Shown here piece by piece: positions 1-9,462 of a stretch of DNA of 64,000 nt. The stretch covers positions 416,001 through 480,000 of the forward strand of contig CBDDDZ010000002.1 of the NCBI GenBank assembly GCA_965226795.1. The letters are read 5' to 3'. Under the pieces are notes generated by a model. That model did no database searches. It was not told the DNA's origin and worked only from the letters and a program-made list of their open reading frames with translations. Each line of letters opens with the position of its first letter. The stretch's first letter is position 1. The position numbers and the translations under genes were made by a program. Origin of the DNA: Candidatus Latescibacterota bacterium. GTDB taxonomy: Bacteria; Latescibacterota; UBA2968; GCA-2709665.

Positions 1-2
1 CG

Positions 3-1691
3 GACCGCCCGCCGCCGAACGACGATCGGCTCCGGCGGTCCGCAGAGGAACTGGAAAAAGCCCGGCTCGATAACGCGGCGTTTTCCGTGGAACGCGTGTG
101 CATTCTGCTCACCGATTCCACCGTAACCAGAACCCTTCCGCCGGGGCGTCACCTCGAATTGCTTCGCACGACCCTCAAGCGCTATCGGGAAATGCTACCG
201 CCGTCCGCACTCGTACGGCCAAACTCCGTTATGTCGCGGTTGCTCGAATCCATCCCCGATAGCCTCCTTTCACGCTTGCGCGACGACGTTCACTACAGGG
301 AACTCTATGTCCGCAAACTGGCAGGCTCCGCCGATGTTCCCGTGGACTATAATTCCGAGGTCGTCAAGACAATCCGTTATTTCCAGACTACGGCCCGGAA
401 GGCGTTTAAGGTCTGGCTTTCACGCTCACCCCTCTATGTCCCGATGATTCGAAAGGCCCTGCGTGAAGCGGGTCTGCCGGAGGACCTGGTTTATAAGGCG
501 ATGATCGAAAGTGGCTTCAACCCGAGAGCCTTTTCGCGGGCCAGGGCCGCTGGAATCTGGCAGTTCGTGAGAGGCACGGCGCGGCTTTACGGTCTCAAAA
601 ACAACAGCTGGATCGATGAACGCCGGGACCCGGAAAAATCGACGCGTGCGGCAATCCAGCATATCCATCACCTCTACGAGTTGTTCGACGACTGGCGCCT
701 TGTGATTGCCGCGTACAACTGCGGGCAGGGTCGTCTCCAACGCATTATTCAGCGTTCAGGTACAAACGATTTCTGGAAGTTGCGGGGGCTTCCCCGGGAA
801 ACAGGCAGACATGTTCCCCGATTTATGGCGGCCCTGATAATTTCCAGAGATCCGGAGTGGTTCGGTTTTGGAGACGTGGTCTATAGAGCGCCGCAAGAAT
901 TCGATGTGGTGCCCATATCGGAATGCGTCGACCTTCGGGTGGCCGCCGATTGCGCGGGTACAACCTACGAACGCATGCGAAGCCTCAATCCCGAACTTCG
1001 CCTGGGTTACACCCCGCCGCCCGTGCGCGGACCCTATTCCTTGAGAATTCCGGCCGGTACTGCCGATAGATTCAAAGTCAACTATGCCCGAATCCCCGCC
1101 AGCCGAAAACGACAAATGGTTGAATACCTGGTGCGCCCCGGCGACACGCCTTCCGGCATTGCAAGGCAGATGGGTGTTTCCACCCGCGTCGTTCTCGAGG
1201 CCAACAACATATTGAATCCCAAACGCGTACGCGCAGGCAGACGGCTGAAGATCCCAATCCATCCGAATGCCAAACCCAAAAGAGCCGGCAGAGCGCCTGA
1301 GCGCGTCGCCGCGACGCCCGATCCGGACACGAACCGGAAAGTCGCGTACCGGGTAAAGAAGGGGGACACCCTGTGGGGAATCGGACTTCGGTATGGGGTC
1401 ACCCCGAATCAGATCCGGAAATGGAACAAGCTCAAGAAGCATATCACGCCCGGCGACCGTCTGGAAATCTGGAGGCCGGAGGCTTCCCAGGTTGTCCTGG
1501 CCGATCGTTCGGACCTGCGTCGCGGCGATTTCTACATTGTGCAGTCTGGGGATACGCTCTGGGACATCGCCCGCAGTTTTCGCATACGCGTAAACGACCT
1601 CAAGAAATGGAACCGTATCCGGAAACCAGGAAGCCTGAGGGTGGGCGCCCGGCTCCTGTTACGTCCGTCCGGTTTCCAGGCGGTCGACTGA
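3..1691 (+). CDS. mltD: MltD-like lytic transglycosylase (SLT domain + 3 LysM domains), 5'-truncated by window edge
   Basis: Frame is open from position 3. SLT motifs MIESGFNP, AAGIWQF and AAYNCG, and three LysM repeats (YLVRPGDT, YRVKKGDTLWGI, YIVQSGDTLWDIA). Confidence 0.85.
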   Translation, partial: DRPPPNDDRLRRSAEELEKARLDNAAFSVERVCILLTDSTVTRTLPPGRHLELLRTTLKRYREMLPPSALVRPNSVMSRLLESIPDSLLSRLRDDVHYRELYVRKLAGSADVPVDYNSEVVKTIRYFQTTARKAFKVWLSRSPLYVPMIRKALREAGLPEDLVYKAMIESGFNPRAFSRARAAGIWQFVRGTARLYGLKNNSWIDERRDPEKSTRAAIQHIHHLYELFDDWRLVIAAYNCGQGRLQRIIQRSGTNDFWKLRGLPRETGRHVPRFMAALIISRDPEWFGFGDVVYRAPQEFDVVPISECVDLRVAADCAGTTYERMRSLNPELRLGYTPPPVRGPYSLRIPAGTADRFKVNYARIPASRKRQMVEYLVRPGDTPSGIARQMGVSTRVVLEANNILNPKRVRAGRRLKIPIHPNAKPKRAGRAPERVAATPDPDTNRKVAYRVKKGDTLWGIGLRYGVTPNQIRKWNKLKKHITPGDRLEIWRPEASQVVLADRSDLRRGDFYIVQSGDTLWDIARSFRIRVNDLKKWNRIRKPGSLRVGARLLLRPSGFQAVD

Positions 1692-1742
1692 GTCAACCAG
1701 AAAGATTATAGTGAAGATGCGCCCACGCCCCATCCGTCGCTC

Positions 1743-2252
1743 ATGAAAATCATTCGAGACCTTCTGCTCATCGTCCTTGCGTTGCTTGTTCAGACCTCCT
1801 GGGCGCATTCGGTCCGAATACTGGGTGTCGGCCCCGACATTGTCATCATCGTGCTGGTTTACCTGGGCATAGGCAGCGGGCAGCTTCAAGGTACCCTGTA
1901 CGGATTCGCGTCGGGCTTCCTTCTGGATGTCTACAGCCCCGAGACGATGGGCATCAACGCGCTGGCAAACAGCGTGGTTGGATTCTCCGTCGGTCATTTC
2001 CGGACGGGCGTCTGCACCGAAGATTTCCGCGTGCAGGCCCTGCTGCTGTTCCTGGCGGTCCTGTTGCACGATCTTATCTATTTTCTGTTCGCTAACGCCC
2101 TCTCGAATCCAGACGCGATTCTCGGTTTGATCGTCCGGGTCGGGATCGGGACGGCATTTTACACCGCAGTGGTTGGAGTCGGCATTTCGTTGGTATTGTG
2201 CATTCGCTTCAACAAGGGAATTTACCTCGATGCGCGACGACTTCATGGATAA
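1743..2252 (+). CDS. mreD: rod shape-determining protein MreD
   Basis: 169 aa hydrophobic protein with GPD...GFASGFLLD...GINAL pattern, directly upstream of PBP2 and RodA. Confidence 0.9.
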   Translation: MKIIRDLLLIVLALLVQTSWAHSVRILGVGPDIVIIVLVYLGIGSGQLQGTLYGFASGFLLDVYSPETMGINALANSVVGFSVGHFRTGVCTEDFRVQALLLFLAVLLHDLIYFLFANALSNPDAILGLIVRVGIGTAFYTAVVGVGISLVLCIRFNKGIYLDARRLHG

Positions 2253-4122
2253 TGGCTTTCGGAAAGCCCGTGCGCGTTCCATGATGACGGTGGTGATTGC
2301 TCTATTCGCCGTTCTATTTGTCGGGCTGTTTCGGTTGCAGATTGCTGACAGCGAACGCTACCGCATCCAATCCAAGAAAAATACGATGCAGGTCGTGCCT
2401 ATCGAAGCCGGCCGGGGTCTTATTCGAGATCGCAACGGCGTTATTCTCGTAGATAATCGCCCTTCGTACACCATCTCGGTGCTGCCGCAGCGACTGCGCC
2501 AAAATACCGGTCCGACCGTTCGCGGGCACGTGGTCAACCGCCTCAGTCAGGTTGCGGGTCTGCCGGTACAACATATCAACCAAATGCTCACGAACCGAAA
2601 CCGTCGCTTTCACGAGCCGGTAAGGCTCAAACGTGACGTTGGATTCAACATCGTGTCTGTCCTGGAAGAAGAACGGTACGATCTGCCGGGCGTGGAAGTA
2701 CAGTTTGAAGTCAGGAGAGGATATCCGAGCTTCAACGGCGGTCTCCCCCTGGCGCCTCATATCGTCGGATATGTCGGCCTGATGGATGCGGAGACATATA
2801 AACGGAAGCGGGAGTTCGGGTACCGTCTGGATGACCAGATCGGGAAACGGGGCGTCGAGCGGCTGTGCGAGCCAGTGCTGAGGGGTCAGGAAGGCGTGAG
2901 ATTCATCGAGGTCAATGCCTTCGGCAGGGAGGTCGGCGGCTTTCCCGAAAAAACTGTCCTGCCCACGCGTGGCAACGACATCCTGCTGACCCTGGACTGG
3001 CGATTGCAACAGGCGGCGGAGCTTGCGTTCGCGGATTCTTTGAGAGGCAGCCTGGTGGCGATGGATCCGAACAACGGGGAGATCCTCGCCATGGTCAGCA
3101 AGCCAGGGTTTCATCCGCGGTCCATCCGCAGCGTGCGCGAATGGCGGACCCTGCAGGCCGACACGTCAAATCCCCTCCTGAACCGAAGCATGAAGGGCGA
3201 ATACCCGCCTGCCTCGGTGTTCAAAATGATCACGGCGATTGCCGGCCTCGAAGTGGGCCTGATCGATTCGGAAACGGCACGTTACCGATCCTGCAGGGGC
3301 AGAATGAAGTTCGGAGACAGGGTTTTCCGGTGCCATAAAGCCTCAGGGTGTGGTCGGCTGTCGCTCCGGGGTGCGCTCATCCGGTCCTGCGACGTCTACT
3401 TTTACCAGTTGGGGCGCAAGGTGGGCATTGCGAACTGGAGTCGCTACACCAGAATGTTCGGATTCGGTCAACCCACAGGGATCGACATCGCTGCCGGTGC
3501 CGACGGCGAGGCCGTCGGCATGGTAACCGACCGTTCATACTATAAGGAACGTTACGGACACTGGGCGGAGGGATACATGCTGAATCTGACAATCGGCCAG
3601 GGAGAAACCTCCGTGACGCCCGTCCAGATAGCCCGTTACATCAGCGCGCTGGCCGTCGGTAAGCTACCCCGACCCCATGTCCTGAAAAGCACGGCGTCTG
3701 AGTCCACGCCGGTTCAGATTTCCGCCCAGACCCTGAAGACGATACGAAGCATCATGCTGGATGTTGTCGAGGATCCTTACGGTACCGGGAAACGCGCCCG
3801 GGTGAAAGGCGTCCGTGTGGCTGGCAAAACCGGAACCGCGCAGAACTCTCACGGCGACGACCACGCCTGGTTCACCGCCCTTGCTCCGGCGCATCATCCT
3901 GAAATCGTGATCGCCGTTGTGGTCGAGAACGCAGGCCATGGCGGCGCGGTGGCCGCCCCGATCGCCGCGCGGGTTCTGGAAACCTATTTCGATCTGGCGC
4001 GGCCCGAACGGAAGGCGGACATCATCGTAGCGGAGCACGTTGACACCGAATCCTCTCCGGAAGCGAACGACTCCAAGCCCGCGCCAGCGGGCAATACAAC
4101 CCCCGCCTTGGTCTTGCGTTAG
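2245..4122 (+). CDS. mrdA: penicillin-binding protein 2
   Basis: RGLIRDRNG dimerisation domain and transpeptidase motifs SVFK, SCD and KTGT. Start chosen at ATG 2245, overlapping the mreD stop. Confidence 0.92.
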   Translation: MDNGFRKARARSMMTVVIALFAVLFVGLFRLQIADSERYRIQSKKNTMQVVPIEAGRGLIRDRNGVILVDNRPSYTISVLPQRLRQNTGPTVRGHVVNRLSQVAGLPVQHINQMLTNRNRRFHEPVRLKRDVGFNIVSVLEEERYDLPGVEVQFEVRRGYPSFNGGLPLAPHIVGYVGLMDAETYKRKREFGYRLDDQIGKRGVERLCEPVLRGQEGVRFIEVNAFGREVGGFPEKTVLPTRGNDILLTLDWRLQQAAELAFADSLRGSLVAMDPNNGEILAMVSKPGFHPRSIRSVREWRTLQADTSNPLLNRSMKGEYPPASVFKMITAIAGLEVGLIDSETARYRSCRGRMKFGDRVFRCHKASGCGRLSLRGALIRSCDVYFYQLGRKVGIANWSRYTRMFGFGQPTGIDIAAGADGEAVGMVTDRSYYKERYGHWAEGYMLNLTIGQGETSVTPVQIARYISALAVGKLPRPHVLKSTASESTPVQISAQTLKTIRSIMLDVVEDPYGTGKRARVKGVRVAGKTGTAQNSHGDDHAWFTALAPAHHPEIVIAVVVENAGHGGAVAAPIAARVLETYFDLARPERKADIIVAEHVDTESSPEANDSKPAPAGNTTPALVLR

Positions 4123-4191
4123 TCAGATCCAATCGACCAAGCTCAAATCCGGATTTCCATTTCCTGACGCACGTTTCACAGGAATCTTCGC

Positions 4192-5412
4192 GTGGTCCTT
4201 TCCCGTTTTTTAAAACAAGAACTCGACCTGCCGCTGCTGCTTGCAGTTGTACTGGCCACCCTGTTCGGGATTGGTGCAATCTACAGCGCCACGTACAACT
4301 GGGAACAGGGCGCTGCCGGCAAGATCTACCAAAGGCAGATCATCTGGAGCGCGTTTGCCCTCGGCGCCCTTCTGTTTACCCTTTTCGTCCCGCCCAAGTT
4401 TTATTATGCCTTTGCCTATATTCTGTACGGCGTCTCCATCTGTCTGCTCGTGCTGGTTCTGTTTTTCGGGGATAAACGCTGGTTCGATCTGGGTCCTTTT
4501 CATATGCAGCCTTCGGAATTGGCTAAAATCGCAACCATTCTGGCTCTGGCAAGATACCTCTCCGCGCGCAACCTGAACCTGGACCGGCCCCGCTCACTGG
4601 TCACATCGTTTCTTCTGGTATCGCTTCCGGCCGTCCTGGTATTCAAGCAGCCCGATCTGGGCACCGCGCTGGTTTTCGTCTCCGTACTTCTGCCTATGTT
4701 CTACTGGGCCGGCATGAAACCCATCGTTCTGTTTTTCCTGATTTCACCTTTTTTTAGTCTGATCTGCGCCTTCCATTACGTGGCGCTCGTTATCCTTGTA
4801 CTGACGATTGGGGGGGTTGTTTTCCTGGTCCGACCAGGTCGATTGATGATTGCCGCCATTGTCGTGGTCAATCTCGCAGTCGCGGTCGGTGCGCCTTATC
4901 TCTGGGAAAACAAGCTGCACGACTATCAGCGCCGGAGGATTCTGACCTTTTTGAATCCGGACATGGACAAACTCGGCTCGGGTTACCAGGTCATGCAATC
5001 CAAGGTGGCAATTGGCTCCGGCGGCCTCAACGGAAAAGGATACCTGCAGGGTACACAGACCAAACTCGCCTTCCTCCCCGAACAACATACAGATTTTGTT
5101 TTTTCCGTGATCGGTGAGGAGTTCGGTTTTGCAGGCGCGATCCTCGTACTCGCCATGTTTTTGCTGATTATCTGGCGCGCCATCCATATCGCCGGTCTGG
5201 TCAAGAGCCGTTTTTCAAGTCTTGTTGCCATTGGTCTGGCTGCCATGCTGACCTTTCACGTTTTCGTGAATATAGGCATGACCGTCGGCGTCGTGCCGGT
5301 TACCGGCCTGCCGCTTCCGTATTTCAGCTACGGGGGCTCGCAGCTCGTGGTCAATCTGATACTCGCAGGCCTGCTGCTCAATATTTATGCTTACCGGCAC
5401 GAATATTATTAA
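4192..5412 (+). CDS. rodA: rod shape-determining SEDS protein RodA
   Basis: QPSELAK, QPDLGT, LPEQHTDFVF and PVTGLPLPYFSYGGS motifs; follows mrdA. Confidence 0.93.
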   Translation: MVLSRFLKQELDLPLLLAVVLATLFGIGAIYSATYNWEQGAAGKIYQRQIIWSAFALGALLFTLFVPPKFYYAFAYILYGVSICLLVLVLFFGDKRWFDLGPFHMQPSELAKIATILALARYLSARNLNLDRPRSLVTSFLLVSLPAVLVFKQPDLGTALVFVSVLLPMFYWAGMKPIVLFFLISPFFSLICAFHYVALVILVLTIGGVVFLVRPGRLMIAAIVVVNLAVAVGAPYLWENKLHDYQRRRILTFLNPDMDKLGSGYQVMQSKVAIGSGGLNGKGYLQGTQTKLAFLPEQHTDFVFSVIGEEFGFAGAILVLAMFLLIIWRAIHIAGLVKSRFSSLVAIGLAAMLTFHVFVNIGMTVGVVPVTGLPLPYFSYGGSQLVVNLILAGLLLNIYAYRHEYY

Positions 5413-5440
5413 AAGACTTCCGGATGAGGTACATCTACGT

Positions 5441-5469
5441 GCAAAAGGCGACCTTCCGGTCGCCTTTTG
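5441..5469. terminator. bidirectional intrinsic terminator
   Basis: CAAAAGGCGACC-TTCC-GGTCGCCTTTTG perfect inverted repeat between convergent rodA and dnaE. Confidence 0.8.
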
Positions 5470-5560
5470 TGTTTCCTTCCATACGTGGGCACGCGCGTCC
5501 AAAATATGAACGGGTCGCCGTGAACGCCGGACGCCAACCGGACCGTCGGATGTTACACTC

Positions 5561-8500
5561 TCATGATTTCTGGGATACCCAGGTGCGCCGTTCTCCCAGA
5601 AACGCGCCAATTTCCGAGATCAACGCGTCAGAGGGCGCCACGGTAAGCGCCCGGGAACGAATGACCTCCGTTCTTCCATCGCCCAACTCAAGGTGCAAAT
5701 AAAGTGTACACCCACCCCGGTGACCCTCCAGCATCGCTTTCAGCTGTTCCAGCGGCTCCGGAACCAGCATCTCCGCGGGCAGCTTTACGTTCAGCGCGTC
5801 CGCAAGCGTCTCTCTGGCGTCCTCCATCGACAGAACCTTCTCCACCCGCAACGATTGTCGACCGTTGCGTCCGGAGAGCCTACCCTGGATTACCACCATC
5901 GCGTCGGTCACAAACGCAGCCTTGACTTTTTCGAATGCATCGGGAAATACAACCAGATCCACGGCGCCATCCGGATCTTCAATGGTGCCGAACGCCATCG
6001 GCCGTCCGTTTCGGTCGGTATGCGACCTTGTTTCGGAAATCACCCCACCCAGTTTCACTTCCGCGCCCTCCGACAGACTACCGATATCCTGCGACGAAAG
6101 AATGCCCAGCGCAACCAGGTCCGCCCGGTACCTTTCCAGCGGATGCCCGGAGAGATAGAACCCAAGTACGTCCTTTTCGTGTGCCAGCCTTTCACGTTCC
6201 GTCCACTCCGGTTCGCCGGGAAGCACGTGGTTGTTGATGACTGCCGTCTGGTCCGCAAGGCCTTCCATGTCGAAGAGCGAAATCTGACGTCGCTGACGGG
6301 CCGCCTGCGCGGACTGACCCGCGTCGAGAGCCCGGTCGAGGCCTACCAGAAGCTGCGCGCGATGTCCGTTCAGACAGTCCATAGCTCCGGCGCGGATCAG
6401 GCTTTCGATGGCCCGGCGGTTGACCGCGCGCAAATCCACGCGTTCGCAGAACTCGAACAGCGAACTGAACGGTCCGTCAGCTTCCCTTGCGGTTACAATG
6501 GCCCCAACGGCGCCCCGCCCCACGTTTCGTACCGCCGCCATTCCAATCAGAATTGACGTTTCTGCAGCCACGAAATCCACGTAGGAAGTATTCACGTCGG
6601 GTGGCAGAACCTCCAGCTTCATTCGCCGGCATTCTTCAATCACGACCACCATTCGCTCTATGTTGCCGATCTCGCCGTTCATGCTGGCGGCCATATATTC
6701 CTGAGGATAATTCGCCTTGAGGTAGGCGTTTCGGTATGCGACAACGGCATATGCCGCCGCGTGCGCTTTAGGAAATGCATACCCTGCGAACACTTCAATA
6801 TCGGCGAAAATCTTCTCGGCGAGATTAAGGTCCACACCGTGTGTTTTGCACCCGTCGATAAACGCGTCTTTCTGCCGCGCCATTTCTTCGGGCTTTTTCT
6901 TGCCCATTGCGTCCCGAAGGATATCGGCCTGGCCGAGGCTGAACCCGGCCAGGACCCGCACAATCTGCATCACCTGCTCCTGGTACACCATGATCCCGTA
7001 GGTATCCTTCAGAATGGGCTCCACCTTCGGATGGGCGTAGACCACGTCTTCCTGTCCATGCTTGCGTGCGATAAAATTCGGGATGTACTGCATCGGCCCC
7101 GGGCGGTAGAGCGCGTTCATCGCGATGATGTCCTCGATACAGTCGGGCTTCAGCTTCATCAGGTATTCCCGCATTCCCGGGCTTTCAAACTGGAACACGC
7201 CCACGGTTTCGCCACGTCCGAACAGATCCAGGGTTTTTCTGTCGTCTTCAGGAATCTTCGTCAGGTCAAACGCCGGTACTTTCGTCTTTATCAGATCCAC
7301 CGTTTCGTCGGCAAGCGAGAGTTCCTTGAGGCCAAGGAAGTCCATTTTCAGAAGCCCGATATCCTGGCAGGTCGGACCGTCGAACTGGGTGGTCACTTTG
7401 CCGTCTTTCGGGGCTTTGTAAAGCGGCACGAAATTCGTGAGATTATCGGGTGCGATAATTACCGCGGCCGCGTGGACGGAGGCGTGCCGCGCCAGCCCCT
7501 CCAGGGCTCGCGCATGCTTGATCAGTTGCGCCTCCGGACCGTCGCCGTCGGCCATTTGTTTCAACTCCGGCACCTGTTGGATCGCTTTGTCCAGCGTTAT
7601 TTTCAAATCGTTGGGAACGAGCTTGGCAATCCGGTCGACCTCGCCGAACGACATGTCATGTACGCGGCCCACGTCCCTGATCACCGCCTTCGCCTTCATT
7701 GTTCCGAACGTGATAATCTGGCAGACATTGTCTTCGCCGTACTTCTCGGTAACGTATCTGATCACCTGGTCGCGTTTCTTGTCCGAAAAATCAATATCGA
7801 TGTCAGGCAGGCTCACACGCTCGGGGTTGAGAAATCGCTCGAACAGCAGATTGTACTTCATCGGATCCACGTCCGTAATCCGCAACGAATACGCCACCAG
7901 GCTCCCCGCGCAGGAGCCCCGCCCCGGCCCCACCGGGATTTCGTGCTCCTTTGCGTAATTGACATAATCCCAGACGATCAGGAAGTATCCGGCGAATCCC
8001 ATGCTTACGATCAGATCCAGTTCGAATTCCAGGCGATCCCGAATATTCTGCGTAATTGGATCGAAACGTCTCTTCAGTCCCTTGCGGGCCAGATGTTTAA
8101 GGTATTCGTCGGCCGACTCAAACCCCTCCGGCAATGGAAACTCCGGCGCAAGGTAGTTTCCGAATGCGAGTTCTATATTGCTTTTTTCAGCAATCTCCAG
8201 TGTCCGCTCCACCGCATGTGGCATATCCGAAAAGAGCGTGTGCATTTCATCCGCAGACTTGAAGTATACGTCTGTCGGATAACACATCCTTCCGGGATCG
8301 TTGAGGGTCTTCCCGGTCTGTAGAGCCACGAGAACGGCGTGGGCTTCGTGATCGTCCGCTCCCAGAAAATGGGAGTCGTTCGTCGCCACGAGCGGTACCC
8401 CCATTTCACCGTGAAGCCGCATCAGTCCGTCGTTGATTCTGGGCTCTCTATCGATGCCATGCCGCTGGATTTCCAGGTAATAGTCGTCGCCGAAAATGTC

Positions 8501-8995
8501 GAGATATTCTTCCACCGCGGACATCGCGGCGGGCACGCCTTCCCGTTCGATCAGATGCGGCACTTCGCCGCTCAGGCATCCCGAAAGGCAGACGAGGCCC
8601 TCCGAGTGTTCGCGCAACAGTTCCTTATCGATCCTGGGATGATAGTAAAATCCTTCCAAGTAACCGGCCGAGACCAGCTTTACGAGGTTGTAATACCCGC
8701 GTTTATTCTTCGCCAGCAACACCAGATGGTTGGATCCGCTGGGGACGCCGCGGGCCGGCTTTTTTTCGAACCGGCTTCCGATCGCACAATAGACCTCGCA
8801 TCCGATAATGGGTTTGACGTCTACCGCTTTCATAGCCCTGTAAAAATCCAAGGCGCCGAAAAGATTGCCGTGGTCTGTAATAGCGGCCGCGCGCATCCCC
8901 CACTCGGCGGCCCGTGCCGCCAATTTGTCAATTTTGCAGGCGCCGTCCAGCAGGCTGTACATGCTGTGGCTATGGAGATGCACGAATTCGGCCAT
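5561..8995 (-). CDS. dnaE: DNA polymerase III alpha subunit
   Basis: PHP start FVHLHSHSMYSLLDGA, GPGRGS, catalytic PDIDIDF, KMDFLGL and C-terminal OB fold; no intein. Start chosen at MAEF. Confidence 0.97.
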   Translation of the reverse strand: MAEFVHLHSHSMYSLLDGACKIDKLAARAAEWGMRAAAITDHGNLFGALDFYRAMKAVDVKPIIGCEVYCAIGSRFEKKPARGVPSGSNHLVLLAKNKRGYYNLVKLVSAGYLEGFYYHPRIDKELLREHSEGLVCLSGCLSGEVPHLIEREGVPAAMSAVEEYLDIFGDDYYLEIQRHGIDREPRINDGLMRLHGEMGVPLVATNDSHFLGADDHEAHAVLVALQTGKTLNDPGRMCYPTDVYFKSADEMHTLFSDMPHAVERTLEIAEKSNIELAFGNYLAPEFPLPEGFESADEYLKHLARKGLKRRFDPITQNIRDRLEFELDLIVSMGFAGYFLIVWDYVNYAKEHEIPVGPGRGSCAGSLVAYSLRITDVDPMKYNLLFERFLNPERVSLPDIDIDFSDKKRDQVIRYVTEKYGEDNVCQIITFGTMKAKAVIRDVGRVHDMSFGEVDRIAKLVPNDLKITLDKAIQQVPELKQMADGDGPEAQLIKHARALEGLARHASVHAAAVIIAPDNLTNFVPLYKAPKDGKVTTQFDGPTCQDIGLLKMDFLGLKELSLADETVDLIKTKVPAFDLTKIPEDDRKTLDLFGRGETVGVFQFESPGMREYLMKLKPDCIEDIIAMNALYRPGPMQYIPNFIARKHGQEDVVYAHPKVEPILKDTYGIMVYQEQVMQIVRVLAGFSLGQADILRDAMGKKKPEEMARQKDAFIDGCKTHGVDLNLAEKIFADIEVFAGYAFPKAHAAAYAVVAYRNAYLKANYPQEYMAASMNGEIGNIERMVVVIEECRRMKLEVLPPDVNTSYVDFVAAETSILIGMAAVRNVGRGAVGAIVTAREADGPFSSLFEFCERVDLRAVNRRAIESLIRAGAMDCLNGHRAQLLVGLDRALDAGQSAQAARQRRQISLFDMEGLADQTAVINNHVLPGEPEWTERERLAHEKDVLGFYLSGHPLERYRADLVALGILSSQDIGSLSEGAEVKLGGVISETRSHTDRNGRPMAFGTIEDPDGAVDLVVFPDAFEKVKAAFVTDAMVVIQGRLSGRNGRQSLRVEKVLSMEDARETLADALNVKLPAEMLVPEPLEQLKAMLEGHRGGCTLYLHLELGDGRTEVIRSRALTVAPSDALISEIGAFLGERRTWVSQKS

Positions 8996-9146
8996 AGAGA
9001 GTTTCTCCGAATGTGCCGGTTGGACAGATTTCATTCAGGGAAAAAGCGCCGCCTGGGAAGGTGGACATCCCGGGGGAAAGCGGGGAATGTTAAAACACGA
9101 GGGCGCGCCGGATGCGCGCGAGCGCCGATATCCCGGCGTCGGAACA

Positions 9147-9175
9147 ATCTTACTTCCGGCTCAACCAAAAGTCAA
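9147..9175 (-). promoter_or_regulatory. sigma70-type promoter for dnaE
   Basis: Minus strand TTGACT-17 bp-TAAGAT upstream of dnaE. Confidence 0.5.
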
Positions 9176-9462
9176 GCGACAGATTGACAGGTTGGCTTGC
9201 CAAAAACCGCCTGGAATAGACTACGGGAACGACGGGCACGAAAGGCAACGGTGTCAGGAAAATGGACCGGCGAAAGCCGGGAACCAGGATCTCTCGCAGC
9301 ACTTGATAGCGAGGATCGCCGCGAACTATACGGACTCTGCGGCGCGGCGGTCCCGGTTTCGGGGAGCGTTTTTCAATTGAACTTCCCTCGCCTTTGCGGT
9401 ACCTTATTTCAAGCCAGAATGAAGTCGCCACGACTCCCGTCACTGATTCAAGAGTCCTGATT

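Noticed and set aside
6761..8323. 520-aa plus-strand ORF
   Set aside because: Antisense shadow of dnaE, typical of GC-rich codon bias; no motifs.
5561..8995. Intein in dnaE
   Set aside because: Length is normal and there is no inserted splicing or LAGLIDADG block.
9255..9325. c-di-GMP-I (GEMM) riboswitch
   Set aside because: A GNRA hairpin and GATAGC are present, but the GGCAAA and GACGCAAA elements are missing.
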